Below, in pieces: positions 18,710-27,852 of a stretch of 64,000 bases of DNA. Location of the stretch: positions 8,957 to 72,956 of the forward strand of contig CACDJC010000003.1 in the NCBI GenBank assembly GCA_902552475.1, written 5' to 3'. Under the pieces are notes generated by a model. That model was given only the letters and a program-made list of their open reading frames with translations. It was not told where the DNA came from and made no database searches. This DNA is from an uncultured Pelagibacteraceae bacterium (GTDB taxonomy: Bacteria; Pseudomonadota; Alphaproteobacteria; Pelagibacterales; Pelagibacteraceae). Made by a program: the position numbers and the translations under genes. Each line of letters begins with the position of its first letter. The first letter of the stretch is position 1.

Positions 18710-19635
18710 AAAAAATCATTGGATTATTAATAATTAGTTTCTTTTTGATTTCTCATTCTTATGCGGAAACAAGATTTGAAAAAGATTTAAGAATACTATC
18801 AAAATATAACTTTTTTGTTGATAACGAAGGTAATCCTTATGAATTAGATCAAAATATCGATAAAGATAAAACAATTATCCTAATTTATAGCCATGGCTCT
18901 GGTGGAAAAGAAAGAGTATTACAGCTATGTAAAAATTCTTGGTATCAAATACCACCAACAGTTTATCAATTAGATGGAGTTAAAATAAAGAATTTTACAA
19001 TTAAAACTTATCAACTGTGTAAGGGTGCAAGAGGATTTTCTCAGAAAGATGCAGACTTATTTTGGGGCACTTATGACAAAAACAATCAAGATATAAATAG
19101 TGTTTTAGATCTTAAAGATGAAAATGGAGTATCATTGATTAATAAATGGAAAGGCTCAATACAAGAAAAAGTTATTAAATTGAAGATTGATGAATTTAAA
19201 GAAAAAGGTTTTAATAATATTGTTCTTTCAGGTCATTCAGCGGGAGGATGGGACTCTCTTGTTTTAAAATCAAATTTCCCATCAGAAATTGATGGTGTAA
19301 TAGCGTTTCATCCTGCAAGATCAGGAAAATTTGCCAAAACAAAAAAACCTCACAGAGGCTGGGTAAATTGGAGAAATTACAAAATATCAATGATAAAAGT
19401 TGAAAAATTAGAAAATGTTTTAGTTTTTAGCCATGAAAAAGATAAATATGAAAATCCTAAAACATCAAAATTTTTATCAAATTCAAACAATGTTAGATTT
19501 ATTGATGTTAGTGATACTAAATGTAAAAGCAAATTAACAACCGGCGGATGGCACGGCATAACTTTAACAAAATGTTTTGCGGATAAAGATCCAAAAAGAA
19601 AAGAAATAATTAAATATTTAGAAGAAATTTTTTAA
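18706..19635 (+). CDS. Secreted alpha/beta-fold serine hydrolase
   Basis: Signal peptide, YSHGSGG, GHSAGG nucleophile elbow, candidate Asp (KDKY) and His (WHG). Confidence 0.7.
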   Translation: MKKIIGLLIISFFLISHSYAETRFEKDLRILSKYNFFVDNEGNPYELDQNIDKDKTIILIYSHGSGGKERVLQLCKNSWYQIPPTVYQLDGVKIKNFTIKTYQLCKGARGFSQKDADLFWGTYDKNNQDINSVLDLKDENGVSLINKWKGSIQEKVIKLKIDEFKEKGFNNIVLSGHSAGGWDSLVLKSNFPSEIDGVIAFHPARSGKFAKTKKPHRGWVNWRNYKISMIKVEKLENVLVFSHEKDKYENPKTSKFLSNSNNVRFIDVSDTKCKSKLTTGGWHGITLTKCFADKDPKRKEIIKYLEEIF

Positions 19636-19639
19636 AATT

Positions 19640-20074
19640 TTATCTTTCGTTAATATATTTTCTATTTATATTTGAAACTAGGTTTCCTAATCTAGGAGAG
19701 ATTTTTTCGATTATTACAATTGAGTCACTCACTAATTTATCTGCTTCTGCCTTATTTAGCATTCTTTCATTCTCCATAAATCTAGTTCCAATAATAGATG
19801 TTATTTCTGACAAAACGATAGAGGAATTATTTGCTTTATCAACAATTTCTTGTTGAGCAGCTATTTGTGAGTCGATATATAATTTATAATCATCATAAGC
19901 TGTTGAAACTTTTTGAATTAGCTCACCTTGAATTTCAGACTGCAAAACCAGTTGCTCTTTATATTGCTTGATACCATTGTTAAAAATATAAAGAATGCTA
20001 ATCAAAAAAATACATACAACAATACACAATGTTGCTATCGAGTAGTTTTTAAACTTTGCCGAACTGTCACTCAT
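19640..20074 (-). CDS. Single-TM hypothetical protein with coiled-coil-like region
   Basis: N-terminal hydrophobic segment; fills the gap downstream of dctM. Confidence 0.6.
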   Translation of the reverse strand: MSDSSAKFKNYSIATLCIVVCIFLISILYIFNNGIKQYKEQLVLQSEIQGELIQKVSTAYDDYKLYIDSQIAAQQEIVDKANNSSIVLSEITSIIGTRFMENERMLNKAEADKLVSDSIVIIEKISPRLGNLVSNINRKYINER

Positions 20075-20098
20075 ATAAGACTATTATATTTAAATTAT

Positions 20099-21364
20099 TT
20101 AAAGAAGTCCAGGTAGCCAAGTTGAGAAAATTGGGAACAGTATCATTAATATTCCATAAATAATTCCAACAATAGTAAATAATGGAACTTCTCTAAATGC
20201 TTTTGCAGGGTTTTCTTTTATAACTCCTGCTGCTGTATATATTCCAACACAGACAGGGGGGGTTATCATTCCAATTCCAGCAAAAGCAACGAACACAACA
20301 TAAAGATGAAGTAAACTTTGGTTAAAAGATAATGTTATCGCAGCAAAAATTGGAACAGTTAAATAAAATACTGGTACAATTTCAATAAATGTTCCAAGAA
20401 TTAAACATATAGCTCCTAACATAATCCAAAATAGATTTACGCTGACGCCCATTTCAGTAAAATATGTAATTATTTTTTGTGGAGCTTGAGTATAAGTCAG
20501 AACAACGCTTAAGAATGTTGCTGTTGCAATAATAGAAAATATTACAGCTGTGATAATTGCTGTATCTTTAAGACAACTTAATAAAGAAGATAAAGTTAAT
20601 TCTTTATAAATTAAAAATCCTATAGCTACCGCATATACACCTGCAACTGCTGCCGACTCAGATGGAGTCAGAAAACCTGCATATATTCCACCTAAAATTA
20701 TTACTGGAGTAATCAAAGCTGGTAATGCTGCAACAAAAGAACTTATTCTTTCTTTAAATGTAGCTTTTTTATCTGCTCTTATATGTCTACATTTAAATAG
20801 AACTAAAAGAACCATTAAAACTAAAAGAATTAGACCAGGTATTACTCCAGCAGCAAAAGTTTTAGAAACAGGTACATATGTAAGGGCACTAAATAAAATT
20901 GCAGCATTTGAAGGCGGTATTAAAGCCTCAAGTAAGGCCGCTGAAGCAGCCAACACTACAACAAATGGAGTAGGGTAACCTTGTTCAATCATCTTAGGCA
21001 TCATAATCGTGCCAACTGCCGTAATTGCTGCAAGAATTGATCCACAAAAAGCAGCAAAGAAACCCATAGCAATAACCATAGCAACCCCAAGACCGCCTGG
21101 CCAATGTCCAACTAAAGTTGTTGCAAATTTTACCAATCTTAATGCAGCACCTCCTTTTAACATAGCCATTCCACTGAATATAAATAATGGAACCGCTATA
21201 AGAACATGTTTGGTTAAAGCTCCAAAAGATACTTGAATTAGTACAGACCAAGGAAGATTAAGACCACCAATTGCAGCAATAGAACTTCCTAATCCAAATA
21301 CCAAAAAAATTGGAACAGAAATAATTAATGTTATTAATGATAAAATAGAAGCTATAGCGAACAT
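20099..21364 (-). CDS. dctM: TRAP transporter large permease
   Basis: AVPLFIFSG, LIPPS, GFLTPSESAAV, GMITPPV. Confidence 0.92.
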   Translation of the reverse strand: MFAIASILSLITLIISVPIFLVFGLGSSIAAIGGLNLPWSVLIQVSFGALTKHVLIAVPLFIFSGMAMLKGGAALRLVKFATTLVGHWPGGLGVAMVIAMGFFAAFCGSILAAITAVGTIMMPKMIEQGYPTPFVVVLAASAALLEALIPPSNAAILFSALTYVPVSKTFAAGVIPGLILLVLMVLLVLFKCRHIRADKKATFKERISSFVAALPALITPVIILGGIYAGFLTPSESAAVAGVYAVAIGFLIYKELTLSSLLSCLKDTAIITAVIFSIIATATFLSVVLTYTQAPQKIITYFTEMGVSVNLFWIMLGAICLILGTFIEIVPVFYLTVPIFAAITLSFNQSLLHLYVVFVAFAGIGMITPPVCVGIYTAAGVIKENPAKAFREVPLFTIVGIIYGILMILFPIFSTWLPGLL

Positions 21365-21371
21365 CGTTTAA

Positions 21372-21863
21372 TTATTTATTTATAAGATTTCTAATATTAT
21401 CAAATATCAATTCTAAAGATGTAAGAGCCAAAATTAAAAAACCTACTGGAAACGCAAGGAACATCCACCATATTGGAATACTTATTTCTATTTCCATTAC
21501 CTGTCCTAAATTGAAATACATCATTGTTGCATCAACTCCTGCCTTAAAAAAAATACAGGCTGAGATAAAAGCAACTAAATTAACTATAAGAAATAAAATT
21601 TCTTTATTTTTTTTAGACATTAAAGGAGTTAAAAAATCTACTTTTATATGCTGGCCTGTTTTTAACAAAGGTCCAAGTAGTGGAAAAACTAACCAACTTA
21701 CTAAAACAGGTGGTAATTCAATAAACCAAGCAAATCCAGTTCCTGTTACAAATCTTGTGCTTGCGCTTAAAAATAAAGCGGCAACCATTATAAAAATAAT
21801 TAACATTGCGAGCGCTAAAGATGCCGAAGCTAGTAAGTTATTAACTGCTCGCAATGCTTTCAT
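21372..21863 (-). CDS. dctQ: TRAP transporter small permease
   Basis: 4 TM segments, HIKVD motif, position between dctP and dctM. Confidence 0.88.
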   Translation of the reverse strand: MKALRAVNNLLASASLALAMLIIFIMVAALFLSASTRFVTGTGFAWFIELPPVLVSWLVFPLLGPLLKTGQHIKVDFLTPLMSKKNKEILFLIVNLVAFISACIFFKAGVDATMMYFNLGQVMEIEISIPIWWMFLAFPVGFLILALTSLELIFDNIRNLINK

Positions 21864-21889
21864 TTTTTAGACTAAGTAAATAACTTATT

Positions 21890-22906
21890 CTAATTATTTT
21901 TTGCGTACTCTTGAGCTGCAAGTAAAGCATCAGAGTCGATCATTTTTGCCATAGCAGGCATAACTTTGTCTTTCATAAGCTTATCAAATTTTGCTTTTTC
22001 AGCTCCTGAAAGAGTAGTTACAACCCCGCCTCTATCTTGGAATTCTTTGAGAACAGTTTCACCATGATCCATAATTCTATCTGTTGAAAGAGTTCCTACT
22101 TCTTTACCAACATCCATAATTATTTTTTGTAAATCTGCTGGTAAACCGTTAAACCAAGTAGAATTTGCCATTATATAAGCGTCAGCATAATATTGATATG
22201 GCTTTTGAGCGTACTTTAAAAATTCCCACCAACTGTATGCTTTAATACTTCCTGGAGGACTGTTTATTGTATCAATCATTCCAGATTGTAATGCATTGTA
22301 AACTTCTCCTGTCTTTAGAGATACACGATTTGCTCCAAGAGCATCCCACATAGGTTCTTCACTTTTAAGCAGTCTTCTAGCTTTTAAACCTTTCATTGCA
22401 TCAATTCCAGTTAACTCACGTGCACTAGAAATTGACATTACCGGTCCAACAGGATTGTACATAATTAATGTTGAATTAGTTTTTTTAGTTAGATCTCCCC
22501 AAATTTCTTTTCCTTTTGCAGAATTTTGGAAAAAACCTCTTTGTTGCTCCCAAGAATTAAAAAGACCTGGAAAAGAAGCAACATTAAAGTTTTTATTTAT
22601 TGGAGGAAAACTAACAACTCCAACTATACCCCCAAGTTCTACTGCACCGGATGTAACTGCTCCCATTACTTCTCTGATACCAAATAATTGTTTTGAAGGG
22701 TAAACTTCAATTTTTAATTTTCCATTTGCTCTTTTATTAACTTCATCAGCAAAAATTTGTGCATGTTTGGCACTATGGTGCTTTGGACTCCAGTGAACTG
22801 AAAGACGTCCAACAATTTCTGCAAATGCTGCTGTAGAAGAAACTACAAATGAAATCACGAATAAAAAGCTAACAATAGCTCTAAATATAGATTTAATATT
22901 TAACAT
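21890..22906 (-). CDS. dctP: TRAP transporter substrate-binding protein
   Basis: Start reassigned to ATG 22906 (SD GAGGGA upstream, signal peptide follows); GKLKIEVYP..QL, GLKAR, EVYNALQSGMID. Confidence 0.9.
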   Translation of the reverse strand: MLNIKSIFRAIVSFLFVISFVVSSTAAFAEIVGRLSVHWSPKHHSAKHAQIFADEVNKRANGKLKIEVYPSKQLFGIREVMGAVTSGAVELGGIVGVVSFPPINKNFNVASFPGLFNSWEQQRGFFQNSAKGKEIWGDLTKKTNSTLIMYNPVGPVMSISSARELTGIDAMKGLKARRLLKSEEPMWDALGANRVSLKTGEVYNALQSGMIDTINSPPGSIKAYSWWEFLKYAQKPYQYYADAYIMANSTWFNGLPADLQKIIMDVGKEVGTLSTDRIMDHGETVLKEFQDRGGVVTTLSGAEKAKFDKLMKDKVMPAMAKMIDSDALLAAQEYAKNN

Positions 22907-23020
22907 ATCTTCCCTCTTTCTTTTTTTTATAATTAATAGTTTAATAACTACATCTAAATTAACAATGTAAATTTGATTGAATGAGGAAATAAAAGTAGTA
23001 TATATCAATACGAATTTAAT

Positions 23021-23097
23021 GGCGGGGTAGCTCAGTTGGTTAGAGCGCGGGACTCATAAGCCCGAGGTCAGTGGTTCGATCCCACTTCCCGCTACCA
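23021..23097 (+). tRNA. tRNA-Met (CAT), probably elongator
   Basis: GGCGGGG acceptor stem, D-arm TAGCTCAGTTGGTTAGAGC, anticodon loop CTCATAA, T-loop GGTTCGATCC, encoded CCA. Confidence 0.93.
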
Positions 23098-23108
23098 TCG
23101 TGAAAAAA

Positions 23109-23543
23109 TTACTCAAACTTTTTAAAAAAATTAGGGTCAAGGTGTATAATCCAATTTTCTAGGGCATTATTAACATTTGGATCGTCAATTAATGACATCA
23201 TTGCAAGTTCTCCTAGGTATTCAAAAGATTTTGTAAAAGCTTCTTCACCTTCATAAGATAAAACATTTTTAGCTTCTTCTAGACAAATTGAACCTAGAAT
23301 GTATTGCATATAATCTGCTACTGCAATTTCATGATTAGTTGATTTTTCTGCAGAAATATTAAATTCGCTTTCAAGAGCAGAATGTTGAGCAACTGCTGAA
23401 AACATCCATCTTACTAAAACAACCTTATCTCTTTCAGTAGTATTTTGCATTAAACAATTTGCAAATTTATTTAAATATTCACCACTAAAAGAATTAGTTT
23501 GAAGAACAAAAAATATAATTAGAGATAAATATATTTTTTTCAT
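23109..23543 (-). CDS. Secreted hypothetical protein (two Cys)
   Basis: Signal peptide MKKIYLSLIIFF; CL...DK..LVRWMF pattern. Confidence 0.65.
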   Translation of the reverse strand: MKKIYLSLIIFFVLQTNSFSGEYLNKFANCLMQNTTERDKVVLVRWMFSAVAQHSALESEFNISAEKSTNHEIAVADYMQYILGSICLEEAKNVLSYEGEEAFTKSFEYLGELAMMSLIDDPNVNNALENWIIHLDPNFFKKFE

Positions 23544-23557
23544 TTTTTATTTTTACA

Positions 23558-24085
23558 CTAATGACCTGGAAATTCTATTAAATTTTCTACTTTGTAACCT
23601 TTTTTTATAAGTTTATCACATCCATCTAAATCAAATAGATTTATTACAAAAACATATCCTGCTACATTTCCCCCAGACATTTCAATAAGTTTTGCAGCCG
23701 CTTCTGCAGTTCCACCTGTTGCTATTAAATCATCTATTAGAAGAACATTATCATTTTTATCAATTGCATCTTTGTGCATTTCCATAGTTGCTGTTCCATA
23801 TTCTAATTCAAATTCAACAGAATGTGTTTCTGCTGGTAATTTATTTTTCTTTCTTAAAAGTATGAAAGGTTTTTTTAATAAATAGGAAACTGCCGAAGCA
23901 AAAACAAAACCTCTGGACTCTATTGCTGCCAATTTATTAAATTGAAATTTTTTAGATCTTTCAACTATTTGATCTACACATTCGCAAAAAGCTTTTTCAT
24001 TCTTAATTAAAGTAGTTATATCTCTAAAAAGTATGCCTTTTTTGGGATAATCTTGTATCGATCTTATGTGTTCTTTTAAATCCAT
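23558..24085 (-). CDS. apt: Adenine phosphoribosyltransferase
   Basis: DYPKKGILFRDITT, ESRGF, LEYG, LLIDDLIATGGT. Confidence 0.96.
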   Translation of the reverse strand: MDLKEHIRSIQDYPKKGILFRDITTLIKNEKAFCECVDQIVERSKKFQFNKLAAIESRGFVFASAVSYLLKKPFILLRKKNKLPAETHSVEFELEYGTATMEMHKDAIDKNDNVLLIDDLIATGGTAEAAAKLIEMSGGNVAGYVFVINLFDLDGCDKLIKKGYKVENLIEFPGH

Positions 24086-24127
24086 AATTCTTTTGAATTA
24101 TAATAATAAATAAATTATTTTTCATTT

Positions 24128-25000
24128 ATGGCAATTAATAAATTAGCAATAATAGGTGGTAGTGGCTTATATGACGTAGAAGAGTTTAAAGAAAGAGAAC
24201 TATTGGATATTAATACACCATGGGGAAAACCATCTGACCAAATATTAAAAACAAAATACAATAGTAAAGATGTATATTTTTTACCAAGACATGGCAGAGG
24301 TCATTTTGTTTCTCCTTCTAAAATAAACTTTAGAGCAAATATTGATGCTTTAAAACAATTGGGTGTAACAGATATTGTTTCAGTATCGGCTGTTGGTTCT
24401 TTAAAAGAAGAATTACCACCAGGTAAATTCGTTATAGTTGACCAATTTATTGATAGAACTTTTGCAAGAAATAAATCATTTTTTGATGAAGACATTGTTG
24501 CTCATGTTTCAATGGCTCACCCAACATCAAAAGGTTTAATGAATGCTTGTGAAGACTCTATAAAAAAAGAAAACATTCAATATCAAAGAGGTGGAACTTA
24601 TGTAGTTATGGAAGGACCTCAGTTTTCTACACTTGCAGAGTCTAATTTATACAGATCATGGAAAGCTGATGTTATAGGTATGACCAATATGCCAGAAGCA
24701 AAACTCGCTAGGGAAGCAGAAATGAGATATGCATCTGTATCAATGGTAACAGATTATGATTGTTGGCATCCAGACCATGAAAATGTTGATGTTCAACAAG
24801 TTATAAAAGTTCTTTTAGATAATGCAGCAAAAGCAAAAAATATGATTAAAAATTTAATAGATAATTTTGAAAATCACATTGATCCTAATGATCCTACAAA
24901 TAATTGTTTAGATGTTGCAATTATTACAGCTCCAGAAAAAAGATCAAAAAAAACAATAGATAAATTAAACACTATTGCAGGTAGAGTTTTAAATAAGTGA
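24128..25000 (+). CDS. mtnP: S-methyl-5'-thioadenosine phosphorylase
   Basis: IIGGSG, PRHG, EGPQFSTLAES, GMTNMPEAKLAREAE, VTDYDCW. Confidence 0.94.
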   Translation: MAINKLAIIGGSGLYDVEEFKERELLDINTPWGKPSDQILKTKYNSKDVYFLPRHGRGHFVSPSKINFRANIDALKQLGVTDIVSVSAVGSLKEELPPGKFVIVDQFIDRTFARNKSFFDEDIVAHVSMAHPTSKGLMNACEDSIKKENIQYQRGGTYVVMEGPQFSTLAESNLYRSWKADVIGMTNMPEAKLAREAEMRYASVSMVTDYDCWHPDHENVDVQQVIKVLLDNAAKAKNMIKNLIDNFENHIDPNDPTNNCLDVAIITAPEKRSKKTIDKLNTIAGRVLNK

Positions 25001-25791
25001 AAAAATATCTAACTAAAGAAGAAATCGATTTATATAAAAATCAAGGTGCCATAGCTATCAAAAATATATTTAAACCATGGATTGACTTACTTAGAATAGG
25101 ATTTGAAAAAGTAATAAAAGAACCCGGCCCACATGCAAGAGAAAATGTAGAAAATGGAAAAGGAAGATTTTTTGAAGATTATTGTAATTGGGAACGTATA
25201 AATGAATTTAAAAAATTTGCTAAAGAATCTCCAGCAGCACAGATAGTTGCTGAAGCAACTGGCTCTAAATCTATTCAATTATTTCATGAACATATATTTG
25301 CAAAAGATCCTGGAACCTCTAAGGAGACTCCATGGCACCAGGATATGCCTTACTATTGTATAGATGGTAATGATACTGGGAGTTTTTGGATACCACTCGA
25401 TCCAATAACTAAGGAAAATTCATTAAAAATTTTGTTAGGATCTCATAAATTTAAAAAATTAGTTAGACCAACAAAATGGTCTAATGATCAACCCTGGTAT
25501 AAAAATAATGATAATTTTATGGATATGCCTGATTTGAAATCAATAAAAAAAAACATATTTATACCAGAAATGAATTTAGGTGATGCGATACTTTTTAATT
25601 TTAAAATTCTGCATTCATCATCTGGAAATTCAGAAAAAGTACCGAGAAGAGCTTTTTCAATGCGTTTTATAGGAGATGATGTTAGATACATAGAGAGAGA
25701 TGGAGAAACTTCTCCGCCGTTTAAAGGAATAAATTTAAAAGCTGGTGAAAAAATGCGAAAAGATTGGTTTCCAGTTGTTTGGAGCAACTAA
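24997..25791 (+). CDS. Phytanoyl-CoA dioxygenase (PhyH) family Fe(II)/2OG oxygenase
   Basis: TPWHQD, WIPLD, GSHK, ILHSS, RRAFS; GTGA overlap with mtnP stop. Confidence 0.85.
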   Translation: MKKYLTKEEIDLYKNQGAIAIKNIFKPWIDLLRIGFEKVIKEPGPHARENVENGKGRFFEDYCNWERINEFKKFAKESPAAQIVAEATGSKSIQLFHEHIFAKDPGTSKETPWHQDMPYYCIDGNDTGSFWIPLDPITKENSLKILLGSHKFKKLVRPTKWSNDQPWYKNNDNFMDMPDLKSIKKNIFIPEMNLGDAILFNFKILHSSSGNSEKVPRRAFSMRFIGDDVRYIERDGETSPPFKGINLKAGEKMRKDWFPVVWSN

Positions 25792-26871
25792 ATGAAAATT
25801 CAAGGAAAAGAATATCGTACAATTTGGTTTGATGAAGAAAAAAAAGCTGTAAAAATTATAGACCAAACTAAACTTCCACATAAATTTATAATTAAACATC
25901 TTAAAACAGTTAAAGACGCAATAAATGCAATTAAAACTATGGAAGTTAGAGGAGCACCTCTTATAGGAGGAACAGCAGCTTACGGAATGGTTTTAGCAAT
26001 TTTGGAAAATAATGACAAAGAATTTTTAAAAAAAAGTTCAGTGAAACTGGTTCAATCTAGACCTACAGCTATAAATCTTCAGTGGGCCGTTCATAGAATG
26101 AATAATAAGCTATCAATGATAAATAGTAATGATTTATTTGATGTTGCACTAAAAGAAGCTAAAGAAATTTGTGATGAGGATGTCAAGTTTTGTGAAAATA
26201 TTGGACTTAATGGACTTAAGATTATTGAAGAAATTTATAACAAAAAGAAAGATACGGTAAATATTTTAACCCATTGTAATGCTGGTTGGCTTGCAACTAT
26301 TAATTGGGGCACAGCAACTTCACCAATTTATCATGCTCATAAAAAAGGAATTCCAATACATGTTTGGGTAGATGAAACTAGACCAAGAAATCAAGGTGCT
26401 AATTTAACTTCTTATGAATTAAACGAAGAAGAAATTCCTAATACAATAATAGCAGATAATACTGGAGGAATACTGATGCAAAGAGGAGAAGTTGATATGT
26501 GTATCGTTGGTACAGATAGAACATTATCAACTGGAGATGTTTGTAATAAAATCGGCACTTATCTTAAAGCATTAGCAGCTAGTGATAACAATGTTCCTTT
26601 CTATGTTGCATTACCAAGCTCAACAATTGACTGGAATATTAAAGATTATAAAGAAATACCTATCGAAGAAAGAAATTCAGAAGAATTATCTCACGTAGAA
26701 GGAGTCGATGAGGAGGGCAATGTAAAAAAAATATTAATTTATCCAAAAAAAAGCAAAGGAATGAATTTGGCTTTTGATGTAACTCCTGCAAAATATGTAA
26801 CTGGACTAATCACAGAAAAAGGAATTTGTGAAGCATCTTCACAAGGTTTAAAATCATTATTTAACAAATAG
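25792..26871 (+). CDS. mtnA: Methylthioribose-1-phosphate isomerase
   Basis: DQTKLP, VRGAPLIG, SRPTAINL, THCNAG, ETRPRNQG, NKIGT, FDVTP. Confidence 0.95.
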   Translation: MKIQGKEYRTIWFDEEKKAVKIIDQTKLPHKFIIKHLKTVKDAINAIKTMEVRGAPLIGGTAAYGMVLAILENNDKEFLKKSSVKLVQSRPTAINLQWAVHRMNNKLSMINSNDLFDVALKEAKEICDEDVKFCENIGLNGLKIIEEIYNKKKDTVNILTHCNAGWLATINWGTATSPIYHAHKKGIPIHVWVDETRPRNQGANLTSYELNEEEIPNTIIADNTGGILMQRGEVDMCIVGTDRTLSTGDVCNKIGTYLKALAASDNNVPFYVALPSSTIDWNIKDYKEIPIEERNSEELSHVEGVDEEGNVKKILIYPKKSKGMNLAFDVTPAKYVTGLITEKGICEASSQGLKSLFNK

Positions 26872-26874
26872 TTT

Positions 26875-27852
26875 ATGCAAACAATTAAAATGGTTGAAGT
26901 CACAAGAAGTGATGAAGTTGAAAGTTTTCATCATGGTGTAGCAGTATTAATTAATTCATCTGGAGAAATATTAAAAGAGTGGGGAAATTCAGATTTGAAT
27001 ATTTACCCTAGATCGGCATTAAAACCAATTCAAACTCTAAATCTTTATAAAGATGGCATTGCAGAAGCTATGAGTCTAACTGATGAACAAATAGCAATTA
27101 CCACTGCATCACATCATGCTGAAATATTTCATCAAGAAATTATTTCTAATTGGTTAAAAAAAATAGATATTAAAGAAGAAAATCTTTCTTGCGGCCATGA
27201 TTGGCCTTGGAATCTAGAAGATAAATTTAGAGCAAAATTGGAATATAAAAATAAAAGAAAAATTTATCACAATTGTTCAGGAAAACATTGTGGACACCTA
27301 GCGGTTTGTAAACATAAAAATTTAACTATAGAAAATTATCAAGACAAAACACACCCTATCCAAAAGGATTTAATTAAATTAATTGAAAATTTGTCAGAAT
27401 ATAAAATAAAAAATATTGGAATTGATGACTGTACTTTACCTAATCCTTTAATGCCTTTAAAAAAGTTTGCATTAGCAGCATCTCAATTAACAGATAGTAA
27501 AAAATTAAGCGAAAATGCAGATATAGCAAAAAAAATTTTTAACTCATGTATAAAATTTCCAGAATTTACTGGTGGAACAAAAAGTATTAATTGTATTTTA
27601 ACTAAACTTTCAAAAGGAAAAATATTTTTTAAAAATGGTGCCGAAGGAGTATTTTTAGCATTAATACCTGAAATAAAATCAGCCCTAGTAGTTAAAATTT
27701 TAGATGGAGCACCAAGAGCAGCCGAAACTGCAATAGCGGGATTAATCTCTGAATTAAAAATTATAGATGAAAATGAGTTGGATAAGATTAAATTTAGAGA
27801 AGTTACTAACTCTATAGGTCAAAAAATAGGAAAAATGAGATTTGTATTATAG
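26875..27852 (+). CDS. L-asparaginase II (Rhizobium AnsA / class 3 type)
   Basis: RSALKP, ASH, NCSGKH, DDC (usually DGC), KNGAEG, KILDG. Confidence 0.85.
   Translation: MQTIKMVEVTRSDEVESFHHGVAVLINSSGEILKEWGNSDLNIYPRSALKPIQTLNLYKDGIAEAMSLTDEQIAITTASHHAEIFHQEIISNWLKKIDIKEENLSCGHDWPWNLEDKFRAKLEYKNKRKIYHNCSGKHCGHLAVCKHKNLTIENYQDKTHPIQKDLIKLIENLSEYKIKNIGIDDCTLPNPLMPLKKFALAASQLTDSKKLSENADIAKKIFNSCIKFPEFTGGTKSINCILTKLSKGKIFFKNGAEGVFLALIPEIKSALVVKILDGAPRAAETAIAGLISELKIIDENELDKIKFREVTNSIGQKIGKMRFVL

Noticed and set aside
22907-23008. N-terminal extensions in the ORF track for dctP (also sulfatase 30406, PGM 60976, nrdB 62940)
   Set aside because: Downstream ATGs fit SD position, signal peptide or family N-terminus better, and the extensions run through probable promoter DNA.
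23021-23543. tRNA-Met as an integration site for a genomic island
   Set aside because: No integrase, and I found no duplicated tRNA 3' end in the window by eye.
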